From: a virus
Virus record (IMG/VR): IMGVR_UViG_3300009082_000002
Coordinates: 1-64,000 of that record
Length of the DNA stretch: 64,000 nucleotides
Reading direction: 5' to 3' (one strand)
The position numbers and the translations under genes were made by a program. Below are positions 18,751-28,427 of this stretch, piece by piece. The notes below the pieces were generated by a model. The model searched no databases, was not told where the DNA came from, and saw nothing but the letters and a program-made list of their open reading frames with translations. The first letter of the stretch is position 1; each line of letters opens with the position of its first letter.

Positions 18751-19977
18751 ATGGCGAAGAAGCACGCAAGGCCGAAGCCAGTCAGCGGTAACCGATACCT
18801 CGTCTTCAGCGACCTGCACGCGGACAACCTGTTGCCGCTCTCGGTCTACAACGAGGATGGTCTCGGCGACCGGCTGGTGGACGCGGTCGAGGCGCTCACG
18901 CGAATCTGGCGCGTTGCGGAGGAGGAGGGCGTCCAGGCGATTCTCTTCCTTGGCGACCTCTTCAACCGACCGCGCGTTGACTCGATGACCATGACTACTA
19001 TCGGCCGTGCGTTGTACAAGCTGCAAGATGCCTTCCAGCTCCCGCTGGTGTTGTTGCCCGGGAATCATGACTCCGCCGGGCGACTGACCACGTCCTCAAC
19101 GGTGGACGTCTTCGGTGCGCTCGCGCTGCCGCACGCCATCATCGCGCGCGACGAGGAGCCCGCGGTATGGGATGCCGATCCGACCTTCTGTTTCGTTGCC
19201 AAGCGGTATGACCGGCCGGATGTGGCCGGGCCGAACTTGGCCGCGCACCTCGCGAGCGTGCCCGACCCGAGCAAGACGATCCTGCTCCTGCACCACGACA
19301 TCAAAGGCGCCAAGGTCGGGAGCTGGATGACCGAAGGCCTGGATCGCGACGTGCTCAAGCGCTTCCGCCTGGTATTGTCCGGCCACTATCATCAGCCGCA
19401 AGTCCTGACGCCCAGCGGCGAGCGGATCGAGCCGTCGCCGGAATTCGAGAGTGTGCCCTTCGGCGACCTCGACTGCGGCACCGTGGTCTACATCGGGGCG
19501 CCGCAGCAGATCGACTTCGGCGACGTCGGCGGTGCGCGCGGTGTCTGGCTGCTGGAGACCTTCCCAACCGGCAAGGTGAGCCTGGAGTTCCGTCAGCTTG
19601 ACGGGCCGCGCTTCGCGTCCGTGGACTTCGAGCATGACGCGTCCTATGCGGACGCGGTCAAGCCGCTGGCTGAACCGGCACAGGTCGGCGCGAAGTACGT
19701 CCGGCTCCGTGTGAGCGGGCCGAAGCATGCGCTCGACGCGCTTGACCGCGAACAGTACGAGAAGACCGCACGGCTCGCGCTGGATTCGGTTCCGCGTGCC
19801 TTCAAATGGGAGGTTGATGTGACCGCGCACCACAAGGCGCGGCTCGCGCTGGACACGCACCTCGGGATCGATGCGTTGATCGAAGCATACGTCAACTCGG
19901 ACCTGGTGGCTCTCGGCGAGCTTGACCCGGAAGATGTGCTCGCCTACGGCCGAGCCGTGCTGGAGGATGTGCGATGA
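18751..19977 (+). CDS. sbcD: SbcD/Mre11-like nuclease
   Basis: SDLH, GDLF, PGNHD, LHH and SGHYH metallophosphoesterase motifs. Confidence 0.92.
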   Translation: MAKKHARPKPVSGNRYLVFSDLHADNLLPLSVYNEDGLGDRLVDAVEALTRIWRVAEEEGVQAILFLGDLFNRPRVDSMTMTTIGRALYKLQDAFQLPLVLLPGNHDSAGRLTTSSTVDVFGALALPHAIIARDEEPAVWDADPTFCFVAKRYDRPDVAGPNLAAHLASVPDPSKTILLLHHDIKGAKVGSWMTEGLDRDVLKRFRLVLSGHYHQPQVLTPSGERIEPSPEFESVPFGDLDCGTVVYIGAPQQIDFGDVGGARGVWLLETFPTGKVSLEFRQLDGPRFASVDFEHDASYADAVKPLAEPAQVGAKYVRLRVSGPKHALDALDREQYEKTARLALDSVPRAFKWEVDVTAHHKARLALDTHLGIDALIEAYVNSDLVALGELDPEDVLAYGRAVLEDVR

Positions 19978-20222
19978 GAGACTCGGTTCACAGCGAACGA
20001 AAGGTCACGACTCCAGAGGCGTATCACGGCTCTGGCCTTGCCGGGCGTTGTCCGAGATGCGGTCGAGCGGCGCAGTTTCACGACTTTGAGCTTGGCACGG
20101 CAGGCGTCGGCACCATGGTCGATGCCGTGAGCGAGGCCTGCTGTGGCCTAGTTGCTATTGCCAAGATCAAGGTAGACGGGAGTCGCGTCGAGGAGCAGAT
20201 CGACTGGATGGAGGTCTCCTGA
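19974..20222 (+). CDS. Small hypothetical Cys-containing protein
   Basis: Coupled to both neighbours; CPRC. Confidence 0.55.
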   Translation: MRDSVHSERKVTTPEAYHGSGLAGRCPRCGRAAQFHDFELGTAGVGTMVDAVSEACCGLVAIAKIKVDGSRVEEQIDWMEVS

Positions 20223-22147
20223 TGATCGAGCTGAACCGGATCGAGTTCGAGGGTTTTCTTGCCTACCGCAAGCGGCAAGTCCTGCAGCTCAAGGACCGCG
20301 GGCTCTGCATCATCCTCGGCCGCAACGGCAGCGGGAAGACCACGATCTACGATGCGGTAACCTGGGCCTTGTACGGCGAGACCGTGACGGGCGAGAAGAC
20401 CGAGGAGGTCATCCACGTCGGCACAGACCAGGCGAAGACCGAGCTGTTCTTCTCTGATGTGGACTCGGCGCTCGACTACCGCGTACTCCGCATCCGCACG
20501 CGGACTGGCGGGCGTCTGCGACTCTGGCAAGCCGACGCCGATGGATCGGAGGTCGAGCTGACCGAGGCTGGAATGCCGCAGACCCAGGAGAGGATCGAAA
20601 GGATCATCGGGCTCGACTCGCTGGCCTTCCGTACCTGCATCCTTTTCGGCCAAGGCGATAGCAAGCGCTTTGCCTCGGATGCGACAACGGACGCAGAGCG
20701 CAAGCGGATCTTTCGGTCCGCACTGCGACTCGAAGTCTGCGAGGCCGCGCGGAAGGAAGTTGCGCAGCGGCGCAAGGGCTTCGAGCTGGAGGTCGCCGAG
20801 CTGGACCGCAAGTCGAAGTCCGTGCTGGAGCAGTTTGACACGGCGATGAACGATCTGAAGACCGCGCAGATGAACGATGATGCGTGGGCGACCCGCGCGG
20901 AAGAGAAGATCAACGGTCGCAAGACACGAATCGAGGAGCATTACTCCAGGATCGAGGAGCTGGAGGCGAGCGGAGTTGAAGACGCGCTGGTAGTTCTCGA
21001 CGCACAGGTCGACGAAATCAACGCCAGGCTGAAGAAGGTGAACGAGCTGAAGGCTTCGCTCGCTTCGGTGTCGGTGAGACTGCACGAAGCCGAAGCGCAA
21101 GAGCTAGAGCAGACGCGCGGGCAGCACAAGGCCAGTGCGAAGCTCGAAGCTGCCAAGACTGCATTGAAGGCTTTGCTCGACGCGGCCAACTCCGGGCGGT
21201 GCGACGTCTGCGGTTCCGATCTCGACGCGGACAACGACGGCTTCGCGCGGGAGAAGGTGGCGCGCGAGACTGCCGTGGCTGACGCAAAGACCGCGCTAGC
21301 CGCCGTGGATCGGAAGTGGAAGGAGTTGACCATCGCAGCGGCGAACGTGCGCGCGGAGCAGGTGCGGATCAACGGCTTCATCGAGAAGGCCGGCGATCCG
21401 CAGGCCGAGCTGACGAAGATCGAGCGAGAGCGCGCAGCGCTGGCGCGCACCGCTTCGGAGATCGAACGGCTGCGAGAACAAGTCGCCGCAGAGCGGCAGG
21501 CTATCAAGGACGAGCGCATCGCGCCCAACCCGTACAAAGCCCAGGCCAAGGACTTGCGTGCGCGTATTGCCGAGTTGCGCCGCCGCGTGGGCCGGTTGCA
21601 GGCGGAAGGGCAGCAGGCACAGTCAATGCTGGAGTTGACCACGTTCTGGGTCAACGGCTTCGGCGCGCGCGGCGTTCAGTCCTTCGCCATAGACCACGTC
21701 CTGCCGCGGCTCACGTCCGCGTCGCAGGAGTACCTCGACGTCCTGTCGGATGGCGCGCTTCAGATCGAATACGACACGGTCAGCAAGCTAAAGACGACGG
21801 GCGAGGCCAGAGACAAATTCGAGATCCGCACGCGTATTGATGGCCACGAAGGAATGAAGACGAGCGGGGCGCAGAAAACGCGTGTCGCTCTGTCCGCGTC
21901 CTTCGGACTGTCGGATCTCATCGCAGAACGCGAGGGCGCGTCGATTGCTTGCTATTTCCTCGACGAGGCGTTTGACGGTCTTGACCAGGAAGGCAAGGAC
22001 CGGCTCTGCGACTTGCTGCGGTTGCTTCGCTCGCGCCGCTCGACTATCCTTGCCGTGTCGCACGACCCGGACGTCGCTCGGCACTTCGATCATGTGATCC
22101 GGGTCGAGCGCGAGGACGGGGAGTCGCGGATCGAGGAGGGCGCGTGA
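20222..22147 (+). CDS. sbcC: SbcC/Rad50-like ATPase
   Basis: GRNGSGKT; coiled coils with CDVC zinc hook; signature TSGAQK; FLDEAFDGLD; VSH. Confidence 0.93.
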   Translation: MIELNRIEFEGFLAYRKRQVLQLKDRGLCIILGRNGSGKTTIYDAVTWALYGETVTGEKTEEVIHVGTDQAKTELFFSDVDSALDYRVLRIRTRTGGRLRLWQADADGSEVELTEAGMPQTQERIERIIGLDSLAFRTCILFGQGDSKRFASDATTDAERKRIFRSALRLEVCEAARKEVAQRRKGFELEVAELDRKSKSVLEQFDTAMNDLKTAQMNDDAWATRAEEKINGRKTRIEEHYSRIEELEASGVEDALVVLDAQVDEINARLKKVNELKASLASVSVRLHEAEAQELEQTRGQHKASAKLEAAKTALKALLDAANSGRCDVCGSDLDADNDGFAREKVARETAVADAKTALAAVDRKWKELTIAAANVRAEQVRINGFIEKAGDPQAELTKIERERAALARTASEIERLREQVAAERQAIKDERIAPNPYKAQAKDLRARIAELRRRVGRLQAEGQQAQSMLELTTFWVNGFGARGVQSFAIDHVLPRLTSASQEYLDVLSDGALQIEYDTVSKLKTTGEARDKFEIRTRIDGHEGMKTSGAQKTRVALSASFGLSDLIAEREGASIACYFLDEAFDGLDQEGKDRLCDLLRLLRSRRSTILAVSHDPDVARHFDHVIRVEREDGESRIEEGA

Positions 22148-22296
22148 TGCTAGGCAGCTGTCTTCGGACCATGGTCGGATGTGCCGCGATGGGCGTAGCA
22201 GCGACCGCGTCTCTGATGGCCGCGTTGGTGGCTCTGCTGGCAGAGGTAGTGGATGATGTCGCCAGCCTTTTCGACAGCGGAGGAATCGACCCGTGA
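22147..22296 (+). CDS. Small hydrophobic (membrane) protein, 49 aa
   Basis: Translated by hand as MLGSCLRTMVGCAAMGVAATASLMAALVALLAEVV...; overlaps the sbcC stop and the next start. Confidence 0.5.
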   Translation: MLGSCLRTMVGCAAMGVAATASLMAALVALLAEVVDDVASLFDSGGIDP

Positions 22297-22916
22297 AGCC
22301 GCGCAAGCTGAAGCCCAGGGCCAAGCCGCGCAGTAGAGCCAGCACTGGCACGCAGAAGGGCGGTGTGTTTGAACGTGACGTCGCGCTTGCGCTCTCGGAA
22401 TGGTGGGGCGACGCACCGGGTCTTCCGCACACCGAGCGGAGCTTCCGCCGCAGTCCAGGCAGCGGCGGAATCGATCCGCACGAATGGCCCGGTGACGTGA
22501 TCCCGACGCGCCGCATCGCGCATCTCTGGCCGGTGGTGATTGAATGCAAGGCCCGCGACAGTGAGTTCGGAGATCTGATCGAACTGCTGACCGCGCCGAA
22601 GCATCCGCTGTTCACGTGGCTTGACCAGGTGCGGAACAACGCGCAGGGAGTGGGCCGGCAGTGGTGGCTTTTGGTGCGACGCGTTCACTATCCATGGCTC
22701 TTGTTCATGGACTGGCGCACCTGGTGTAACTTGACCGCCTCGGGTGGCATCGTCTCCCTTCCGCTGCTCGGCCCGCTCTTCCGTTTCCGCCAGGGCAACG
22801 ATGCGCGCTTCGTGTCAATCTGCCTGTTCGACAAGTTCCTGGCAGCGGTCACGCCCGATGAGCTGTGCCGGGCGCTTCCGATCCGAGAGGTGCAGGATGT
22901 CAAGCCGCGCAGATAG
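22293..22916 (+). CDS. Holliday junction resolvase (Hjc-like PD-(D/E)xK)
   Basis: KGGVFERDVA...RRSPGSGG...GDVI...VIECK. Confidence 0.8.
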   Translation: MKPRKLKPRAKPRSRASTGTQKGGVFERDVALALSEWWGDAPGLPHTERSFRRSPGSGGIDPHEWPGDVIPTRRIAHLWPVVIECKARDSEFGDLIELLTAPKHPLFTWLDQVRNNAQGVGRQWWLLVRRVHYPWLLFMDWRTWCNLTASGGIVSLPLLGPLFRFRQGNDARFVSICLFDKFLAAVTPDELCRALPIREVQDVKPRR

Positions 22917-23160
22917 TCTTGAATCGCTGACGGACTGGCAACTCCTAGTCCTCCAGGCGATCCGAGAGCTCTCCACTGACCTCGATGACAACGACGGGCT
23001 CACCCCTGGCGACATCGGAATGGGTGCGGGAGTCGACTACGATTCCGCTTCCAGCCGCGCTTGCTCCGCGTTGAAGGCGCTGGTGGAGCGTGGGTTCGTC
23101 GAGAAGAAAGCTCGCGGCCGCTATCGGCTCACGAAGCTCGGTTGGTGTGCCCGTGGGTGA
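22897..23160 (+). CDS. Winged-helix (MarR-like) DNA-binding protein
   Basis: LTDWQLLVLQAI...ALKALVERGFVEKKARGRYRLTKLG. Confidence 0.7.
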   Translation: MSSRADSLESLTDWQLLVLQAIRELSTDLDDNDGLTPGDIGMGAGVDYDSASSRACSALKALVERGFVEKKARGRYRLTKLGWCARG

Positions 23161-24151
23161 TCGAAGACCAGTGATCCTTTTCGACGGACTCAACGTCCTT
23201 TACCGCTGCGCTTATGCGATGATGCCTGGCGGGCTCTCGGTTGTCCTCGACGGCGAGACCACGAGCACGGGCGCAGCGTACCGGATGCTCCGCACTATCG
23301 TCGAGGTCCACGCGACGGAGCCGACCGCGATTCCTGTTGTCGTCTGGGATGCGGATCTCTCGCGCGCATCGCTGCGCCGGCACAAGATGGATAAGAGCTA
23401 CAAGGCGGGGCGTGCTCCGAAGAACGAACTCGACCTTGACTTCCACCGCGAGGTCCACGACCAGCGCCGCTTGCTGAACCAGTTGCTCGCGCGGGTCGGT
23501 TGCTTCCAGGCCGTGGCCGGTGAGGGGTGGGAAGCCGATGACGTCATCGCAACCAAGGCCAGGCGGCTCTCGAAGCTGGGCTCGGTCCTGATCGTATCCA
23601 ACGACCGCGACATGCTCTCGCTCCTGGACTTCGATGGCGTGCGCATCCTCAATATCGGTTCGCGTCGGCACTCGCAGCCTGGCGAGCTGTACGAGTACCG
23701 CGACCGCGAGTGGTTCCAAGAGAAGTACCCTGAGGTCGGGCCGTCGCAGTGGATCGAGATGCGCGCACTGATGGGCGACAGCAGTGACGGGATCAAGGGC
23801 GTGGCCGGCATCGGCGAGGTCTGGGCGTACAAGCTCATCCGCGCCTATGGCACCGCGCTCGATGCGGTTCGGTACGCGAAGGCCAAGGAGGAGGGACACG
23901 CGCTGCGAGTCCCCGATGGCCCGTTCGACACCGCGAAGAGCGTGCAAAAGAAGTTGCTCGGCCAGGAGGAGGCCGTCGAGAAAGCGATGAAGCTCCTTGC
24001 CCTGAACTACAGCGCGCCTCACGAGTGGATCGCGCGGAGCACGGACCGCCGAGTCGCGCTGCAGGAGATCCGCAGGTTGCGTTTCAAGTCTTTCCTTGCC
24101 GGCACGCTGCGCGCGCAGTTGTCGGAGTTGCTCGATGCTTGCGCCGCTTGA
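23153..24151 (+). CDS. 5'-3' exonuclease / flap endonuclease (Pol I N-terminal-like)
   Basis: LFDGLNVLYR; YKAGR; EADDVIAT; SNDRDM; LMGDSSDGIKGVAGIG. Exact start uncertain. Confidence 0.92.
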   Translation: MGDRRPVILFDGLNVLYRCAYAMMPGGLSVVLDGETTSTGAAYRMLRTIVEVHATEPTAIPVVVWDADLSRASLRRHKMDKSYKAGRAPKNELDLDFHREVHDQRRLLNQLLARVGCFQAVAGEGWEADDVIATKARRLSKLGSVLIVSNDRDMLSLLDFDGVRILNIGSRRHSQPGELYEYRDREWFQEKYPEVGPSQWIEMRALMGDSSDGIKGVAGIGEVWAYKLIRAYGTALDAVRYAKAKEEGHALRVPDGPFDTAKSVQKKLLGQEEAVEKAMKLLALNYSAPHEWIARSTDRRVALQEIRRLRFKSFLAGTLRAQLSELLDACAA

Positions 24152-24743
24152 CCGGCTGCGCCGCAACGTCGAGCGGTGCGAACGCTGCCCGGAACTGGTG
24201 GCGAGTCGGCAGCGCGTCGTCTTCGGCGATGGTCCGCCTGACGCGAGGTGGATGGTCGTCGGCGAGGCGCCCGGCGAGGAAGAGGACAAGCGTGGCGTCC
24301 CCTTCATCGGTCGTGCAGGGCAGAAGGCCAGGACGGTCATGCTTGCGGAGGGCCTCGACCCAGACACGGCCTTCTGGACAAACACGATTCTTTGCCACCC
24401 GCCGCGGAACCGCGACCCGCACCCTGACGAGATCCGACGCTGCTGGTATCGGCTCGCTCTGACGATTCGGTTGATCATGCCGGTTGCGATCCTCGCCTTT
24501 GGTCTGCCAGCAACGCGCACGCTCCTACGCAAGCCGGAGCTGGTTCGCGGGAAGTCGATGTCAGAGCTGCGTGGCCGGCCGCAGCCGTTCGAGGTCGTCA
24601 CTCGCGGCGACCGCCGCTTTGGTTGTCACGTCTTTCCGACGTATCATCCGGCTTACATCCTCCGGCCGACCGGCAGGCCCTTCGAGGGCGAGTGGCGGTC
24701 CGACTTGCGGCTCGTGAGGAATGTCCTGGAGGCTACGCGATGA
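24135..24743 (+). CDS. udg: Uracil-DNA glycosylase, family 4
   Basis: CERCPEL; VGEAPGEEED; PFIGRAG; TNTILCHPP; TYHPAY. Confidence 0.93.
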   Translation: MLAPLDRLRRNVERCERCPELVASRQRVVFGDGPPDARWMVVGEAPGEEEDKRGVPFIGRAGQKARTVMLAEGLDPDTAFWTNTILCHPPRNRDPHPDEIRRCWYRLALTIRLIMPVAILAFGLPATRTLLRKPELVRGKSMSELRGRPQPFEVVTRGDRRFGCHVFPTYHPAYILRPTGRPFEGEWRSDLRLVRNVLEATR

Positions 24744-24865
24744 GCGATGAGCTGAAGTACTCGATGGACTACGTGGACCTCGGCCTCATTTGGTGGTCGA
24801 CCATCTGGGCTGCGGTGCCGTATCCATTGCTCTACATCGAAGACGAGTTCTGGGGGTTGCGATGA
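24740..24865 (+). CDS. Small hypothetical protein (41 aa)
   Basis: ATGA coupling at both ends. Confidence 0.45.
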   Translation: MSDELKYSMDYVDLGLIWWSTIWAAVPYPLLYIEDEFWGLR

Positions 24866-25167
24866 AGCTGAAGGTCATCGCTTCCGAGCTGCCCGCTCAC
24901 GCCCGCGAGCTGCGGCGTGAGCTGCAACAGCACCGCGCGGACTTGGAAGTGAAACGCGTGAAGATCGACGAGCTGCGTGCGCGGCTCTGGCGCTACTTGC
25001 AGCGCGAGTTCAACCTCGATCTGAATGGAAAGCAGTACCGTATTGACGCGGCCGGGCAATTAGTCGAAGTCGAAGAGGAGCAGAACCAAGGGGGCGAGGA
25101 GTCGGTGGCAGGTGCGGTCGCTGCGCGGTATCTCGCGAGCCGCGACGACGATCCGGGTCTGCACTGA
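24862..25167 (+). CDS. Hypothetical coiled-coil protein
   Basis: Coupled start; GC3 codon bias. Confidence 0.6.
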   Translation: MKLKVIASELPAHARELRRELQQHRADLEVKRVKIDELRARLWRYLQREFNLDLNGKQYRIDAAGQLVEVEEEQNQGGEESVAGAVAARYLASRDDDPGLH

Positions 25168-25183
25168 CCGGAAGGATCGAAGG

Positions 25184-25927
25184 ATGGGAGACAAGGCGAG
25201 GATCGAAGCTGTCCGCGAAGCACTGCGCCAGCTCATCGTCGAGCGCGTTCCTTCTCCGAACCACGGCGGCGCGTTCGCTGGGCCGAGCGACCCGACTGCC
25301 GTCGTCATCCACTACACTGGCGGGCCGCACGGGACCACGGCCAAGTGGTTCGCCAACCCGCAAGCCCGAGCGGCTGCGCACCTGATCATCCAGCGCGACG
25401 GCAAACTCATCATGTCCGTTGACCTCGACTGGCAAGCCTGGCACGCGGGCGTTTCTTCGCTCAACGGCCGAAAGGACTGCAACAAGTTCACCTGGGGGAT
25501 CGAACTGGAGAACTGGGGTCCCATCGTGCGGCGCGGCGATGGGTACTTCGTCTGGCCGCCGATGAAGGATGGCGTGCCGCTATTCGAGCGGCGCTTCAGC
25601 GGCGGCGCGATCTCGCACGCGCCTTTTGATCGTCGGTACGAGTACTGGGAAAGCTACACCGACGACCAGATCGAGACCTTGACCGACGTGCTGCGCGAGA
25701 TGGTTTGTCCGCCCGGGTACAGCTTCGCTATTCCGCGCGAGATGATCGTCGGGCACGAGCACGTCGCGCCAGAGCGGAAGATCGACCCGGGTCCCGTGTT
25801 TCCGTGGAAGCGGGTCTTGGATTCGGTCTACGGCCGCGAAGACCGCGCGCCGGTCACGACGCTGGCGGACGAGAGCGACGAGTTGTTCTTCGAGATGATG
25901 GGAGCGAAGCCGAAGGATCGGGGGTAA
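25184..25927 (+). CDS. N-acetylmuramoyl-L-alanine amidase (Amidase_2/AmpD-like), candidate endolysin
   Basis: VVIHYT; AAHLII; AWHAG; GIELEN; GHEHVAPERKIDPGP. Confidence 0.9.
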   Translation: MGDKARIEAVREALRQLIVERVPSPNHGGAFAGPSDPTAVVIHYTGGPHGTTAKWFANPQARAAAHLIIQRDGKLIMSVDLDWQAWHAGVSSLNGRKDCNKFTWGIELENWGPIVRRGDGYFVWPPMKDGVPLFERRFSGGAISHAPFDRRYEYWESYTDDQIETLTDVLREMVCPPGYSFAIPREMIVGHEHVAPERKIDPGPVFPWKRVLDSVYGREDRAPVTTLADESDELFFEMMGAKPKDRG

Positions 25928-25929
25928 AG

Positions 25930-26553
25930 ATGAAGCGCAAGCCGTTGACGACTGTGGTGAGCTACCCGGAGCGCGGGCCGTGGGGCGATCAGAAGTTCCG
26001 CGGCAACTGCTCTGGCCATCTTGTCGTGGACCTATGCTGCTATCTCGCGCCGGCCAGCGTGCTCGACCCGATGGATGGCAGCGGGACATCCCGTGACGTC
26101 TGCCGCGAGCTGGGTATCGAGTACGCTGGCTTCGATCTCGCGCGCGGGCCGGAGCAGGATGTCTTTGCCGTGCCGTGGGGCGCGCAGCGCTTCGACCTAG
26201 TCTTTTGTCATCCGCCGTACTCGGACATGATCACCTATGGCCACGGCGAATGCGACCTTTCCAGGTTGAAGCCGCGCGAGTTCCGCGCTGCGCTCGTCGC
26301 GTTGGCCGAGCTTCTTTTCAGCGAGGCAGTTGCGGACGGCGGGCACCTGGCGATCCTCATCGGTTCGCTCCGTCGCAACGGCTGCGTCTGGGCATTCAAC
26401 CGTGGCCTCATCGAGTGGCGCGAGCCGAGTGAGCCCGAGATTGTCAAGGTCCAGCACAACGTCGCGAGCGCGTCCACGCGGACCGGGATGCTCTATGGCA
26501 ACCGTTTCATCCCCATCGTTGACGAGCGTGTTCTGATCTGGCGAAAGGAGTGA
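25930..26553 (+). CDS. DNA amino-methyltransferase (m6A/m4C)
   Basis: VLDPMDGSGT (motif I) and FDLVFCHPPY (motif IV). Confidence 0.85.
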   Translation: MKRKPLTTVVSYPERGPWGDQKFRGNCSGHLVVDLCCYLAPASVLDPMDGSGTSRDVCRELGIEYAGFDLARGPEQDVFAVPWGAQRFDLVFCHPPYSDMITYGHGECDLSRLKPREFRAALVALAELLFSEAVADGGHLAILIGSLRRNGCVWAFNRGLIEWREPSEPEIVKVQHNVASASTRTGMLYGNRFIPIVDERVLIWRKE

Positions 26554-26556
26554 GTG

Positions 26557-26739
26557 ATGGCTGTCATCGGGACCGACCGGTTCGCAGAGAAGTGCGCGCG
26601 CTGCGGCAAGGGCCCGGTGGAGCAGACCAAGTTTCAGCCGCCGAGCACGCCAGACCGGCCAGCGAAGATCGGCCCGGGTTATTTCCGGGTCCGCCGCCGC
26701 TGTAAGGCGTGCGGATTCGTCTGGGAGAAAAGCAGATGA
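26557..26739 (+). CDS. Small zinc-ribbon protein
   Basis: CARC...CKACGF. Confidence 0.6.
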   Translation: MAVIGTDRFAEKCARCGKGPVEQTKFQPPSTPDRPAKIGPGYFRVRRRCKACGFVWEKSR

Positions 26740-27161
26740 AACCAGAGTACCTTCCAAGCCGCGCCGACGTGGTCTTCGCTCTCGCGTGTCTCGTTGTGCT
26801 GGCCCTCGTTGTGGTGGCGCTCATCTGCGCCGACGAGGCTTCGTGCTCTCGCGCTGCGGAGATCAAGACGTTGCAGTCGTGCCTTGCCCCGCCAGAGGAT
26901 CGACCGCCAGTACCGGCTGACGCTCCCGACCCGTGCGCAGCGATTCGGCGTATCGAGTCGCGGCTTGCTCGGCTCGAAGGCAAGTTGAGCAAGCTCGGGA
27001 ACAACTGCGAGGACTTGGCTGGTAGCTGTATCCGCCTGACCGGGCTCGTTGACGGATCGTTGCGGTCCTTCGTTGGTGCACACGTCGAGCCCGCGCAGAT
27101 CGCACGCGCGCGCGAAGGTTTCGAGCGATACCAGGAAGCCGAGGGCGTCGGTGGCGAGTAG
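26736..27161 (+). CDS. N-terminally membrane-anchored coiled-coil protein (possible spanin-like)
   Basis: TM segment VVFALACLVVLALVVVALIC followed by a coiled coil. Function is a guess. Confidence 0.55.
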   Translation: MKPEYLPSRADVVFALACLVVLALVVVALICADEASCSRAAEIKTLQSCLAPPEDRPPVPADAPDPCAAIRRIESRLARLEGKLSKLGNNCEDLAGSCIRLTGLVDGSLRSFVGAHVEPAQIARAREGFERYQEAEGVGGE

Positions 27162-27555
27162 TCCGTTTAATCCTTGGCCTGCGAATCATCCTTTGGAGAG
27201 GTGCCCAGTGCTCCCGAGGCAAATTGTTCTTGCGGCGATGCGCGCGGCTCTTGACGGTGCGGAGCTGACGCTTGCCGACCGCCGAGTACTGGAACGGTTG
27301 CTCGTGTTCGACGCTCGCGGGTACCCGGCCGCGGTCAAACGTCACCTGAAAGCGCAGTGCGCAGAGGTGGAAATCCGCTCGCCAACGCTGGCCGAAGAAC
27401 TGCTCACGCTATTCGAGCACGCTCTTCCCAGCAAGTGTCGGAACGCAGCAGAGCGCTTGCTCGGGATGTACACCATCATCCCGAAGTTCCCGGAGATGCG
27501 AGGCGATAGACAGCTCGTCGCGAAGAAGCGCGGCGGCAGGAGAAGGAGCAGATGA
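27151..27555 (+). CDS. Hypothetical protein
   Basis: Coupled to both neighbours. Confidence 0.5.
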   Translation: MASSPFNPWPANHPLERCPVLPRQIVLAAMRAALDGAELTLADRRVLERLLVFDARGYPAAVKRHLKAQCAEVEIRSPTLAEELLTLFEHALPSKCRNAAERLLGMYTIIPKFPEMRGDRQLVAKKRGGRRRSR

Positions 27556-28427
27556 TGAACACTTACGACCGTTTCGTGGGCGGGTGGATCGGCGCGCTGG
27601 TAGGCAACGCGCTCGGCCGGTTCACCGAAGGCAAGTCGCCGCAGCAGATCGAGGACAGCTTCCCGCTCGGGCTGCGCAAGTTTCCCGAGGCGTCGACCTT
27701 CGACCAAGGCAACGCGGTTCGCGTGCTGCGGGACACCTCGCGGGCGATCACGTCGCGATCCGTCTTCCGCCGTGTGTACGGTGCCAAGTCCAGCCCCGTC
27801 GATCCTGTGCTGCGCGTGCTGCCGACCGGGCTGGCCGCCGCATCCGCTGGGCTCTCGGCCGAGGAGACCATGACGCTCGCCGTGGAGGCGATGCGCCAGG
27901 ACGATCCGCCCTTCGAGGCCGCTGCGCTCATGTGCGCGGTCTGGTACGCGCTGGTTCTGCGTGGACTCGTCTCCAGCCATGGCGTCGCGGAAGTAGACAG
28001 CCTTCTCTTCGACTCCGTCGAGTACATGAAGCGCCCCTCGCCGGACCTCATCCTCACGCGCGATGGCGAGACACAGGTCCAGGTCTGGGGCGAGGCCAAG
28101 CTCTTGCTCACCGAGGGTGTTGGCGCGTGCATCAACTCGCTGGAGCGCTTCGACTTCACGAGCGAGTTGTCGGACCCGGTCCAGATCGCGGCCGGCGTCA
28201 TCGCCTGGGCGACGACGACGGACATGGCCTGCGAGCGCGCGCTGGAGTACCTGGTCAGCCGCGGCGGCGCGGCTGGTGACTACGGCATGATCGGCGGCGC
28301 CCTCATCGGCGGGCGCGTCGGTTTCAGCCAGTTCCCAGTCTCGCTGCTCGACGGCGTCATCGGTCTCGCCGCCGCTGTCGAGGAAGGCGCCAAGCTCTAC
28401 CGCGCCGCGCAGGAGTACAAGGGCTGA
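27552..28427 (+). CDS. ADP-ribosylglycohydrolase (DraG/ARH)-fold protein, apparently catalytically degenerate
   Basis: DRFVGGWIGALVGNALGRFTEGKS and GG....GMIGGALIGGRVGFSQFP match the ARH termini; the metal-binding TDD and DxDT motifs are absent. Confidence 0.75.
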   Translation: MMNTYDRFVGGWIGALVGNALGRFTEGKSPQQIEDSFPLGLRKFPEASTFDQGNAVRVLRDTSRAITSRSVFRRVYGAKSSPVDPVLRVLPTGLAAASAGLSAEETMTLAVEAMRQDDPPFEAAALMCAVWYALVLRGLVSSHGVAEVDSLLFDSVEYMKRPSPDLILTRDGETQVQVWGEAKLLLTEGVGACINSLERFDFTSELSDPVQIAAGVIAWATTTDMACERALEYLVSRGGAAGDYGMIGGALIGGRVGFSQFPVSLLDGVIGLAAAVEEGAKLYRAAQEYKG

